Source of the DNA: a bacterium
Lineage (GTDB): Bacteria > UBA8248
Direction: 5' to 3'
Assembly: GCA_965200245.1 (NCBI GenBank)
Contig: CBDATS010000004.1
Span: 1,476,791 to 1,540,790 of the forward strand
DNA length: 64,000 nucleotides
The notes beneath the pieces are model-generated. The model saw only the letters and a program-made list of their open reading frames with translations. It searched no databases and was not told the DNA's origin. Positions 50,029 through 60,198 of the stretch are shown piece by piece. How positions within the stretch are numbered: position 1 is the first letter of the stretch; the number at the start of each line of letters is the position of its first letter. Made by a program: the position numbers and the translations under genes.

Positions 50029-51566
50029 CTATTTTTCCAGATACGCCTTGCGCCAGTAAATCCGCTCGCCCGGGTGAACGATCACCCCTTTGAGCTTCTT
50101 GGATTTTCCGACCAGCATGACTTCCTGTTTGAAGAAGACCCACGGCGGATCTGCCAGCAGCATTTTTGCTGCCTTCTTGTAGAGTGCCTTTCGCTCTGTC
50201 GGATCGTTGATCTGCCGTGCCTTGTCGATGATCTTCTCGTAAGCGGGATTCTTGTAGCGGGTATAGTTGCCCGAACGCCCGTGGGTGGCCGAGTGGAACT
50301 TGTTGTACATGACCATGTCGGGGTCGCCCGTGGAAACCCCCCAGCCGTAGAGGAACATGGGTGCTTTCCCTTTTCGTACGGAAGGAGCGACGAGTCCCCA
50401 GGAGCCGGTGCGGAGTTTGGCCTTGATTCCCACTTTCGCCAATTGGGCCTGAATGGCTTCGGCGGCCACCTTGTCAGCCGTATACCTGCCCGTGGGATGC
50501 CAAAACTCGGTGCTGAACCCGTTGGGATATCCCGCTTTCTTCAGAAGTTCCCTGGCCTTTTTCGGGTTGTAGGAATAGCCCATCTTCTCGAACTCGGGGT
50601 CATAGCCCCATACCGTCGGGCCATAAGGCCCCCGAATCGGACGCCCTACGCCAAGCATCACCTTCTCGATAATGGTTTTTGTATCGATGGCGTAGTTCAT
50701 CGCTTGGCGGACGATCGGGTTGTCGAAAGGTTTGTGGAGCATGCTCATCCCGACGAAAATCACCCGGAACAGGGGCGCTTTCACGAGGTCGAGTTGGGAT
50801 CCTTGTCCACCTCCGCTAGCTGGGCCGGGGGCAGGAACATGGCGAGCTGGGCTTGGCCCGATCGAAGCTGAAGCACCCGCGTCGTGGCTTCGGGAACCAG
50901 CCGGAATTCGAGGACGTCAATTTTGGGTTTTCCGTCCCAGTAATTCGGGTTGGCCCGGAAACGGATGTATTCTCCCGCCACCCATTTCTCAAAAATGAAC
51001 GGGCCGGTTCCGACCGGATTGCGCCGGAAATTCTTTCCGTGTTTCTTGATGGCGGCGGGACTACCGATGGCGGCAACCGGCGTCCCCAGGTTCAGCAAGA
51101 TGGGGGCGAAGGGATACTTGAGACCGATCTCGACCGTGTGCTCGTCGAGCACGCGGACATCTTTGATCATGGCGATCCACTTCCTCAGACGAGCGCGTTT
51201 ATGGCTTCGCGTCCGGTCGAGATTGAACTTCACGGCCGCGGCGTTGAAGGGTGTGCCATCGTGGAACTTCACCCCCTTTCGCAGCTTGAAGACAAGCTTG
51301 GTGGGGTTCCTGAACTCCCAGGAGGTAGCGAGACGTCCCTCAATTTTACCGTCGAGGCGGTGGTAGGTCAGCGAATCGTAGAGGCTCGTCTGGACGTTCA
51401 GGTTGGCGGAACCTGCCGGGTGGAGGGCGTTGTCGAGACTCTTCGGCTCCGCTCCATGGATGAAGACGACTTTGGTCTGTGCCCATGAAAGCCCCCATGT
51501 AAGGGCGATGGCTGCAAAAAGCAGCGTTGCGGTGCAAGCCAGTTTCTTGGGGTTAGTGCGCAACAT
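50029..51566 (-). pseudogene. Family-5 (Dpp/Opp/GsiB-type) ABC substrate-binding protein split by a 1-nt deletion
   Basis: LRKGVKFHDGTPFNAAAVKF and PVGTGPF in one frame; VRQAMNYAID and YNPKKARELLKKAG in the next. Inserting one base near 50793 restores DPNLDLVKAP. Could be a sequencing error. Confidence 0.85.
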
Positions 51567-51677
51567 GTGCATCCCTCCTAAAATGGAAATGCAAGAGAAA
51601 CGTTCTGTCTCCTCGGTGACATAAAGCGCGTCGTTACCTCAAAAACGAAACGCCCGAATCGACTGGAGCAATATCCG

Positions 51678-51740
51678 TTTCACCAGTTTGTGGACTTGGT
51701 GTTAACCATAATACCAAGCTGGCAAACTGACAAGGTGAAA
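51678..51740 (-). promoter_or_regulatory. sigma70-like promoter embedded in a long imperfect palindrome
   Basis: Minus strand TTGTCA (51733-51728)-17 nt-TATGGT (51710-51705), within nested arms TTTCACC/GGTGAAA, CAGTTTG/CAAACTG and CTTGGT/ACCAAG. Confidence 0.55.
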
Positions 51741-51801
51741 AAACCTTCCCGTTTCTGTGTTTCAAACGTATGCTCCGAGGGTGATTTCCAGTGATATCCT
51801 C

Positions 51802-52821
51802 TCAACCCAGGTTGATGACTCCGCGAGGCTCCCCTTTCATGAAAAAGTCGCGGATGTGGCCGAGCGCAGTACCGGGGTCCGCTCTCCAATAGTTGGAACC
51901 CCCGCCTGTATGGGGGAGAAGAACCACGTTCGGAAGCTCACGGAGCGGACTCGAAACAGGCAGGGGTTCGCTCCGATAGACATCTAGACCCGCCATGGCG
52001 ATTTTCCCGTTTTTGAGAGCTTGCGCCATTGCATCTTCGTCAATCAGGCCGCCACGCCCCACATTGACGAGCGTGGCGGTCGATTTCATTTGCGCGAACT
52101 GCTCGAGACCGATGATTCCTTCCGTCTCGGGGGTATGCGGCAGGACGAGTACGACATAGTCCGAAACGTCGAGCAAATCATCCAGGGAGAGAAATTCGAC
52201 GTCCAGCATTCGCTCGACTTCGCCCGGGTGCGGGGTGCGTTGGTGGTAGCAGACTCTCATCTCGAAGGCGCGGCACCGCTTGGCGATCTCGATGCCGATG
52301 TCGCCCAGACCGACGATGCCCGCCGTCTTTCCGAACAACTCGTTCAGCCCTTCCATCTTCGCCCAGTTCCCTCCGGTCCTCCATTGGCTCGTCGCGATGG
52401 GTTCGATCCCCATATCGAGATAGGCCGCCTCGCTCACGACACGGTGCCCCGGAATCACCTGTCGTGCACAGGATAGCATCAAGGCGAGCGCGTGCTCGGC
52501 GACAGCGGCGCTTCTGAGCAGAGAACATGTTGCTACGGGTATCCCTAGTTCGGTCGCAGTCGCAACGTCGATGTTGCGGCAGTTACGCCCGTGTTTCTGG
52601 ATCAATCTTAATCGGGACGCGGCCCGTATTACCGAACCGGGCAGTGGCGCCTTGTAGCAGAGAATGGCCTCGACCTCGGGCGCGCAAACGCGTAGGGCCT
52701 CTTCCCCCTCTTCTTCAGGCACGATGAACTCGAAATCACTGGCCCCCTCGCAGTGGCGCATTCGCTCGGCGAATCGGGGTGGATTCATGTCGGTAAGCAG
52801 CAGACGAATCGGGTCGGCCAT
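51802..52821 (-). CDS. D-isomer-specific 2-hydroxyacid dehydrogenase
   Basis: AVAEHA, GIVGLGDIG, NVGRGGLIDE, LDVYRSEP and LLPHTGG. Confidence 0.93.
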   Translation of the reverse strand: MADPIRLLLTDMNPPRFAERMRHCEGASDFEFIVPEEEGEEALRVCAPEVEAILCYKAPLPGSVIRAASRLRLIQKHGRNCRNIDVATATELGIPVATCSLLRSAAVAEHALALMLSCARQVIPGHRVVSEAAYLDMGIEPIATSQWRTGGNWAKMEGLNELFGKTAGIVGLGDIGIEIAKRCRAFEMRVCYHQRTPHPGEVERMLDVEFLSLDDLLDVSDYVVLVLPHTPETEGIIGLEQFAQMKSTATLVNVGRGGLIDEDAMAQALKNGKIAMAGLDVYRSEPLPVSSPLRELPNVVLLPHTGGGSNYWRADPGTALGHIRDFFMKGEPRGVINLG

Positions 52822-52933
52822 GGAAATCTCCTGAAAAAGGCTGAATGAATCGTAAATCCTGCCAGGCTATGATAGCATCGAACTTCCTCATAACGGCACT
52901 TCGGTTCTCTTGTGAGTGGGACGGTGCGCGATT

Positions 52934-53865
52934 ATGTTCGAATATCTGCTGAGAAGACTGTTCCTGCTAATCCCCGTCCTCCTGGGCGTCTCCCTTGTCA
53001 TCTTCCTCTCCATCCGCCTGGTTCCGGGAGACCCGGCAGAGGCACTGGCGGGTGAGTTTGCCGACGACGCCTACGTGGAGGAAGTGCGGCGCATCTACGG
53101 ACTGGACAAGCCCCTGCATGTCCAGTCCGCCATGTTCATGGGGCGGGCGCTTCGCGGCGATCTGGGTCGCTCGATTCTCTCCGATACGCCGGTTCTGAGC
53201 GAAGTATGGACCCGCTTCCTCAATACAGTGCAACTCGCTTTCTGGGCTATGCTGCTCGCCACCATTGTGGGTCTGCTCGCCGGAGTGTTGTCGGCGACCC
53301 ACCCCTACTCCAAGTTCGACTACGGCAGCATGACGGGCGCGCTTCTCGGCATATCCATGCCTTCGTTCTGGTTCGGCCTGATTCTAATGGGTTTTTTCTC
53401 TGTCTATCTTGGCTGGCTTCCGGCGGGAGGTAGGGGGACGGTGGCCCACCTCATCATGCCTGTGGTCACGCTCGGCCTGACCGGTGCAGGCATCATCGCG
53501 CGCATGACGCGCAACACGATGCTCGAGATCACGGGCAGCGAATACATCACCACGGCGCGCTCGAAGGGTTTGCCGAACAACAAGGTCAACTACGTCCACG
53601 CCCTCAAGAATGCCCTCCTGCCCGTCATCACCGTTGTCGGGCTTCAGTCGGGGTATCTGCTGGGGGGCTCCGTCATCACGGAATCGGTGTTCGCGTGGCC
53701 GGGCTTGGACGCTACATCGTCGAGGCCATCAAGCTGCGCGACTACCCTGCAGTGCAGGGCTCGCTACTGTTCTTTGCGCTCACGTCTGCCCTCGTGAACC
53801 TGACAGTCGATCTCCTATACGCAGTCTTCAACCCACGCGTGCGCTATGGAGGGTCGAGGGAATGA
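52934..53865 (+). pseudogene. Peptide/nickel ABC permease (DppB-like) with a 1-nt frameshift
   Basis: PGDPA, YGLDKPL, GDLGRS, TARSKGL and HALKNA. One extra G at 53707-53708 restores WPGLGRYIVEAIKLRDYPAVQG...NPRVRY. Confidence 0.85.
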
Positions 53866-54758
53866 ACCCGGCCGTTGAAGTTGAGTCCATCGCCCACGAA
53901 ATGGAAAGCGAGCCGATTCGCGGCATCTGGACGGACACTTGGCGCCGCCTACTAAGGCATCGCATCGCTGTCGTGGGCTGCGTTTTCGTCGGGCTCTTCG
54001 TTCTCTCGTCACTGCTGGCGCCTGTGATCTCTCCTTACAACCCCACGGAGGCGAACTTTCAGGCGGCGCTCAAATATCCGTCCCTCGCGCACCCTTTCGG
54101 GACAGACCATTTCGGGCGCGACGTTCTGAGCCGGGTCATCTACGGCGCCCGCACCTCGCTACTCATCGGGGTGTTCTCTGTCCTCATCGCCGCGTTCGGA
54201 GGCGTGTTGCTGGGGCTGATTGGCGGATACATCGGCGGATGGATCGGTAACCTCATCATGCGGGCCGTTGACATCATGCTTACCTCCCCACGGATACTGC
54301 TCTCCATTCTCCTCATCGCCATCATCGGGACAGGAATGGAGAACATCATGCTGGCGGTCGGCATCTTCGCCATCCCGACCTACGCCCGTCTGGTGCGCAG
54401 TTCGGTTCTCGTCTTGAAGGAGACCGAGTTCGTGGAGGCGGCCCAGGCCATGGGCGGATCGAGCCGTCGCGTACTGTTCCTGCACATCTTTCCGGGAACG
54501 CTAGGTCCCATTGTTGTGCAGTCGACCTTCCTGATAGCGACTTCCATCCGCGTGGCGGCAGGGTTGAGTTTTCTGGGAATCGGCGTGCCCCCGCCTACAC
54601 CCGAATGGGGCACCATGCTCGCGGATGCGCGTTCTTACATGGCGCTGGCGCCGCACCTGCTCGCCATCCCCGGATTCGCTCTCATGGGCGTGGTGCTCTC
54701 CTTCAACCTACTGGGTGACGGCCTGCGTGATGCCCTTGACCCCAAGCTGAGGAGATAG
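53862..54758 (+). CDS. Peptide/nickel ABC permease (DppC-like)
   Basis: HPFGTDHFGRDVLSRVIYGARTSL, EFVEAAQAMG, LSFLGIG, PEWG and NLLGDGLRDALDP; ATGA overlap with the previous gene. Confidence 0.92.
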   Translation: MNPAVEVESIAHEMESEPIRGIWTDTWRRLLRHRIAVVGCVFVGLFVLSSLLAPVISPYNPTEANFQAALKYPSLAHPFGTDHFGRDVLSRVIYGARTSLLIGVFSVLIAAFGGVLLGLIGGYIGGWIGNLIMRAVDIMLTSPRILLSILLIAIIGTGMENIMLAVGIFAIPTYARLVRSSVLVLKETEFVEAAQAMGGSSRRVLFLHIFPGTLGPIVVQSTFLIATSIRVAAGLSFLGIGVPPPTPEWGTMLADARSYMALAPHLLAIPGFALMGVVLSFNLLGDGLRDALDPKLRR

Positions 54759-55282
54759 GAGGGTGAATCAGGAGATCCTTGCGTTTCTGGCAGATTTTGT
54801 ATGGGAGATCGAAAGGAAAACGCATTCGTAAAATATCTGTACGTCCAGGCTAGCTTTTTCCGGACAATCCTGCAATATCTTTTTTGACTTCAAGAAGTGA
54901 AAGCCATTGAGGCGTCAAACCGCATTGGACAAACCCACCGCGATGGCTGGTATCCATATTCAAGGCTAGGGCAACTTGCCCCCTCTAAAGAGGCTCGACT
55001 TTGTTCGTTGCAATTCGGTAGGATTTTCTGGCGTCTGGCCATCGTCATGGAACAGGTTGGGATCGGAGAATAACACCATCATCCCAACTTGAGCCGGAAT
55101 GAAGAGCGAAATGAAATGTGCAGGCGGACACCCAGGCTTGACACTACGGAAAGTCAGGCATTCAAAACCTCGAACACTCTCATCGCCGGGTGCATGTGGG
55201 TGCTTTTTTGCGATAAGGTTCTCTGCTGGTTGGCGGAGTGGCCGACGCAGAATGATGACTCTCTGGAGAACTGGACGGTACA

Positions 55283-56083
55283 ATGAGTTTACGTAGATGG
55301 AAGGACAGGATGGTGGCGCGTCTTCTGACGCGGTTTCCGGGTCTGGTGAGCAAATGGGCCGGCGGCAGGGATTTCTCCGCCGAGATGGTCAGCTGGCGCG
55401 CGGGACCTGGGCTTACACCCTGGACGCCGCTGCTGAAGCCCGTTCGTGACTGCAAGGTCGCGCTGGTGACGACGGGAGGAGTACACCTCAAGTCGCAGAC
55501 GCCCTTCGACATGAAAAACCCCGACGGCGACCCCACCTTCCGTGAGATTCCCGCAGACGCCGCGCACGATTCTCTCACGATAACGCACGACTACTACGAT
55601 CACCGGGGGGCGAATGAGGACGTGAACGTCGTGTTTCCGTATGAGCGGCTCGCCGAGATGGCGGCGGAGGGGGTGATAGGCGGGGTTTCACCTGTGCATG
55701 TGAGCTTCATGGGCCACATTGATGCCGAACTCGTCGAGCAGCTTGTTCAGGAGACGGCACCGGCCGCGGCGCGAAGACTGCGCGAGGCGGGAACGGAAGC
55801 AGCGCTGCTTGCGCCCGCCTGAGGGCTTTGCAATCGCTCGGTCGGGCTGGCTCAAAACGCGCTGGAACGCGAGGGTATAGCGAGTGTTTCGGTGAGCATC
55901 GTAAAGGAAATCACGACGGCGCTCGCGCCGCCACGGGCTGTGTTCGTGCCTTGGCCGCTGGGTCACCCTTTCGGCAGAACTGGAAATCTTGAACAGCAGC
56001 GCACCGTGTTGTATGATATGATCGAGTTGTTGGAAAGTGCGAAGATGCCGGGTGTGATGGTCGAGCGGAACCACCCTTGGTGA
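55283..56083 (+). CDS. Glycine/sarcosine/betaine/D-proline reductase selenoprotein B family (GrdB/PrdB-like), UGA read as Sec
   Basis: KVALVTTGG, GDPTFREIP, DVNVVFP and EGVIG; then in-frame TGA at 55820-55822 giving APA-U-GLC (UxxC), continuing as NRSVGLAQNALEREGIASV...PRAVFVPWPLGHPFG to TGA at 56083 (266 aa). Confidence 0.85.
55820..55854 (+). promoter_or_regulatory. Putative bacterial SECIS element
   Basis: Apical stem GCUC/GGGC with a GGUC loop starting 17 nt after the UGA (fdhF-like loop); basal UGAG/CUCA pairing. Confidence 0.6.
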
Positions 56084-56238
56084 GTATGGGGATTCGGGCT
56101 AGCGGCGAGAATAGCGAAATTCTTTAATACAGCGAAAATCGTAATTCCTGAAAACATGAATATAGTCAGATAAGTCTTTGAATTATACTTGTTTGAAAAT
56201 GAATGTGTTATCGGGGTCTTATCGATTGGGAGACCGCT

Positions 56239-56823
56239 ATGGACGCAGTCGCCACTCCCGTCACCCGTCTCGCTGAAGAACTTGCAGACATCTATGATAA
56301 CGGTGCCCGCGGCAGGGAATTCATCCGTGCTGCGGAACCCGCTCTCAAACGCTTGCTGGACGGGGATTCCTTCCTCTCACCTGAGGCGCTTGAACCCTCG
56401 GATGAAGGGTATGCGCGGCACTTGCTGTATCGCGACCCCGAGGAACGCTTTGTCGTGGCGGCCATGGTGTGGAAGCCTGGTCAGGGCACGCCGATTCACG
56501 ATCATGACGGCGCTTGGGGGATGCTCGGCATGGTGAAGGGCAGCCTAGAAGTCGTGAATTACTTTGCGGATTCGGAAATAGCCGAGGCGGAGGTGGAGTT
56601 GAGAAGCGACGCACCTCACAATCCCTCGGCAGGCGGGCAGGATTCGGTTTGCGGCTGTGCGGATATCCATAAGGTGCGCAACATGCGCGACGATGTGGCG
56701 GTTTCCGTTCATATCTATCCGCGTGACCTGGAGGCGTGTTATTTCTTTGAGCCGATAGAGGGTGAAAAAAATCGTTTCTACTCGCGCCGTGTCTCGATTT
56801 CATACACGGGCGATTCTTCCTGA
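56239..56823 (+). CDS. Cysteine dioxygenase-family (cupin) protein
   Basis: YARHLLY, WKPGQGTPIHDH, DIHKVRN and VSVHIY, the 3-His cupin motifs; GGGAG RBS. Confidence 0.88.
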   Translation: MDAVATPVTRLAEELADIYDNGARGREFIRAAEPALKRLLDGDSFLSPEALEPSDEGYARHLLYRDPEERFVVAAMVWKPGQGTPIHDHDGAWGMLGMVKGSLEVVNYFADSEIAEAEVELRSDAPHNPSAGGQDSVCGCADIHKVRNMRDDVAVSVHIYPRDLEACYFFEPIEGEKNRFYSRRVSISYTGDSS

Positions 56824-57041
56824 GTGATTTCCGATTCACAACCAAAAAGCCATAAGATAGAATGAAACATCGGGGAACAAGGCTTTTTCGTTCATGCTTG
56901 ATAAGGTTTGACATCGGGCGTCACACCGAATTGGCGATATGTGATTCGTTCGATGACCCTTCACTGGCAGAGTGATAGGTTATTTTCTCGATCTGATGCG
57001 ATGCCTCACAAATTAATCCTTTTCCATCCAAAGAGGTTTAT

Positions 57042-57905
57042 ATGCGTAGCAAAGGTAGTTGGTATGCTGGTTTTGAGACGGTGTCGAATTTTCGAATGTT
57101 CTTTCGGGACTGGAGGCCTGCGGAAAAAAGCTCGACCTTGCCGGTTATCGCTTTGCATGGTTCGTTGATCCAGGGTGGCATGTGGAACGCCACCGCCGAA
57201 AACGCGGGCTCGATACGAATGATTTGCCCGGATCAAAGAGGGTTCGGGAGGACGGAAGACCCGAGCACGAGTGACACCGCTGTGGATTTGGGAAGGGACG
57301 TGATTGCCTTGGCAGATGCACTTTTGCTGGAGCGCTTCGTTGTGATGGGACATTCCTTCGCAGCTTCCATTGCCTTGGCAGTTGCTGCGGAGAGGCCCGA
57401 TCGCGTCGTCGCAACTGTGTTGGTGGACCCGACTGTGCGCGATGTTGCAGGAGCCAATGTGAACCTGGAGGCATCGCGGACTCGCCCGATGGAGTTCGAT
57501 GATCTGGAGCAGGCACAGAAGTTCATCGTCCAGAGTGAAGAAGGAAACTGGCCACTCGCCAGGACGAGACGATTCTTGAGCGATGTTTTGGTGCGCGATG
57601 GCGTAAATGGCGTTTGTAGAGTTCCTTATCAAAAAAGCAGGATACTGAGACTAAGGGAATTTCAGGCTTCTGCTGCGAGCGATTATGATCCGGTTTTCTG
57701 GGCAGGCAAAACGAAATGTCCATCCTTGGTGTTTCGCGGAGGCAAGAGCAAGCGATTTGGCGAGAATTCTGAAAAATCGTTGATGAAAGCGTTGCCCATG
57801 AAATCGAGAATAGTCATATGTCCGAAATCGGGCCATTTTCCGAGTGTTACCGAACCGGTCATCGTGCAACGAGAGCTAAAGGCATTTCTGGCATATCTGC
57901 AATGA
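57042..57905 (+). CDS. Alpha/beta hydrolase
   Basis: LHG, PDQRGFG, GHSFA nucleophile elbow and SGHF. Confidence 0.9.
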   Translation: MRSKGSWYAGFETVSNFRMFFRDWRPAEKSSTLPVIALHGSLIQGGMWNATAENAGSIRMICPDQRGFGRTEDPSTSDTAVDLGRDVIALADALLLERFVVMGHSFAASIALAVAAERPDRVVATVLVDPTVRDVAGANVNLEASRTRPMEFDDLEQAQKFIVQSEEGNWPLARTRRFLSDVLVRDGVNGVCRVPYQKSRILRLREFQASAASDYDPVFWAGKTKCPSLVFRGGKSKRFGENSEKSLMKALPMKSRIVICPKSGHFPSVTEPVIVQRELKAFLAYLQ

Positions 57906-60118
57906 ACAAGCGAAGCGGCAACAACCTGCATATAGAAACCGAACTCAGTCGGGATTTGGGGCTCACGTCGGCCTTATCTATCGGTGTAGGTACGATGATA
58001 GCGGCGGGTATTTTCACACTCTCCGGGCTGGCCGTCAGGGATGTAGGTTCATCAGCCGTCATCGCTTTTCTTCTCGCCGCTGTCGTCGCCGGATTTACTG
58101 CGCTCACCTATTGTGAATTTACGTCGCTGTACCCGGAATCCGGAGAAGGATATCTCTATGCGAGAAGAACGTTTCCTGCTCCGCTTGCCTATCTTGTAGG
58201 CTGGACACTGGTTCTCGGATACACTTCTTCATGTGCCTTCTACATCAGCAGCCTTTCTTCTTATTTCAATGAGTTTGTTTGGCATTCGCCTTATGAGCAA
58301 ATGTCGGGAACTTTGGGACTCTTGGGTCTTGTGCTGCTTAACATCAAGGGAACAAAGGAATCGGCACGTTTTCAAATTTTGATCACAGCTGGAAAAGTCA
58401 TCCTCTTGTGCTGGTTTGTTTTTGGGGGAATTGGGAACTTCGATGCAAACGCACTGCTGGAGAGGATGAGTATGGACATTCCGAGAATTGGAGCGACGGC
58501 CAGTCTGGTTTTTATTACGTTTTTCGGATTTTCAGCGATTGCGGCATCGGCTGGAGAGGTCATCAATCCTGTCAAGACGATACCTCGCGCGATATTTCTT
58601 TCCATGACGATAGTGACGATTTTATACACATTGGTGGTTGTCGTTATCGTTGTGGCAGATCTAACCGAATATACGGAAGCGGCGATGGGCAATGCTGCGC
58701 GCCTTTTCCTTGGTCCTGTGGGCGGGATGGTAATCGTTGTTGGTGCGCTATTTTCGATGATTTCTGCATCGAACGCATCGATATTGGCGGGTTCGCGTGT
58801 TGTGCTGTCCATGGCGCAACTGGGGCATTTCCCCTCCGGCATCGCCGCGATTAACTCACAAACCCGCACGCCGATCATATCGCTTATTCTGGTGGGAGGA
58901 GCCATTGTTCTCTTTACGCAAAGTTTTCATCTGGAGAAACTGGCGCACTTCGCGGACACTATTCTCCTGCTGGCTTTGATTCTGGTGAATGCAGCGCTCA
59001 TATACCACCGAAGGAAATTTCCGAACCTGCCAAGACCCTTTCGTGTTCCCTTTGTGCCGTTCCTGCCGCTTCTGGGTATCGTCGCAAATATTTATTTGCT
59101 TTCATTGGTGATGCGACACCCCGAACCTGTCGTGATGGCCATTCTATGGCTGATCGTGGGGATGCTTGGTTTTCTCGCCTGGAAAGGTTCTCAGGCCGAG
59201 GAAGAATTTCTGCCGGGCGAACCATCCCGTGTGGCGCAGGTCAGCATGGAGGAGGAGGTGGAGGAGAGTAAATTCCGTTTATTGGTTCCTATAGCAAACC
59301 CGACGAACGTAGCTCCTCTGATTGATTTAGCCTCTGCGATAGCGAAGAATAATGAGGGTGAGATCATCGCGATGCGGGTTGTTTCTTTGCCTGAGCAATC
59401 CCCGCCGAGTCGTGAGGCTGCATACGTTGAGCGGGAAAGAAGAATTTTGGAGCAAGCCCATGTTCGCGCTAGGTCGAATGGTGTCAAAATCAGTTCTCTG
59501 GTAACGATCGGGCGAAATCCGGCTCGCGCCATCTTGGAGACGGCAAGAGAGCGTCATTGCGATCTGATAGTCCTGGGCTGGAAAGGATACACTTCTACCG
59601 CCAATCGAATCCTGGGCGAGATTGTCGATGATGTTGTAAACCTCGCACGGGCGGATATTATGCTGGTTAAACTAATGGGTGAGATGAGGTTGAATAATAT
59701 TCTATTGCCGACAACCGGAGGAGCCCATGCGCTCTTGGCAGAACGATATACGGCCTCGATAGCAAGTGCTTACAATGCCAGACTTGTTGTTTCGACAGTA
59801 GTTTCTCCGGAAGCCGGGTCTATTCATAGTCACACCGTCGAACAAAGCCTCAGCGAGGTAGTAGGCAGAATCAACGAAGAGAGTAGCGTTCATGTAGAGA
59901 GCAGAATTATTACGCATAAGTCTGTTTCGGTGGGAATTATCCAGGCTTCCGAAGAATATGACGCCATTGCTATGGGCGCAGCCGGCGAAAGTTTCTATAA
60001 ACAGATTCTCTTCGGCTCTATTCCGGAAAATGTTGCCAAGCACACCGACAAAGTTGTTATCGTATATAAACAATATTCGCCGGTGAAGGCATTGATGGGA
60101 CGAGTAATGGAAAGCTAA
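57902..60118 (+). CDS. APC-family amino-acid permease fused to two universal-stress (USP) domains
   Basis: GTMIAAGIF, GEVINPVKTIPRAI and RPFRVPFVP; then LLVPIANP...DLIVLGW and ILLPTTGG...FGSIPENVA. Confidence 0.9.
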   Translation: MNKRSGNNLHIETELSRDLGLTSALSIGVGTMIAAGIFTLSGLAVRDVGSSAVIAFLLAAVVAGFTALTYCEFTSLYPESGEGYLYARRTFPAPLAYLVGWTLVLGYTSSCAFYISSLSSYFNEFVWHSPYEQMSGTLGLLGLVLLNIKGTKESARFQILITAGKVILLCWFVFGGIGNFDANALLERMSMDIPRIGATASLVFITFFGFSAIAASAGEVINPVKTIPRAIFLSMTIVTILYTLVVVVIVVADLTEYTEAAMGNAARLFLGPVGGMVIVVGALFSMISASNASILAGSRVVLSMAQLGHFPSGIAAINSQTRTPIISLILVGGAIVLFTQSFHLEKLAHFADTILLLALILVNAALIYHRRKFPNLPRPFRVPFVPFLPLLGIVANIYLLSLVMRHPEPVVMAILWLIVGMLGFLAWKGSQAEEEFLPGEPSRVAQVSMEEEVEESKFRLLVPIANPTNVAPLIDLASAIAKNNEGEIIAMRVVSLPEQSPPSREAAYVERERRILEQAHVRARSNGVKISSLVTIGRNPARAILETARERHCDLIVLGWKGYTSTANRILGEIVDDVVNLARADIMLVKLMGEMRLNNILLPTTGGAHALLAERYTASIASAYNARLVVSTVVSPEAGSIHSHTVEQSLSEVVGRINEESSVHVESRIITHKSVSVGIIQASEEYDAIAMGAAGESFYKQILFGSIPENVAKHTDKVVIVYKQYSPVKALMGRVMES

Positions 60119-60198
60119 TCGGAGTACATGGCCGTCGGCATATTGTGGTGTGAACAATTACAGCCCTGAATTGATATTTCGTTATTGAGGTTGTTCAG

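Noticed and set aside
55056-55088. GTTGGGAT...ATCCCAAC hairpin resembling a CRISPR direct repeat
   Set aside because: Single copy, no spacers and no cas genes. No CRISPR array was seen anywhere in the window.
54760-55282. Small gene or ncRNA in the 520-bp gap before the selenoprotein
   Set aside because: Short ORFs lack convincing RBS or motifs, and no known RNA structure was recognised; left unannotated.
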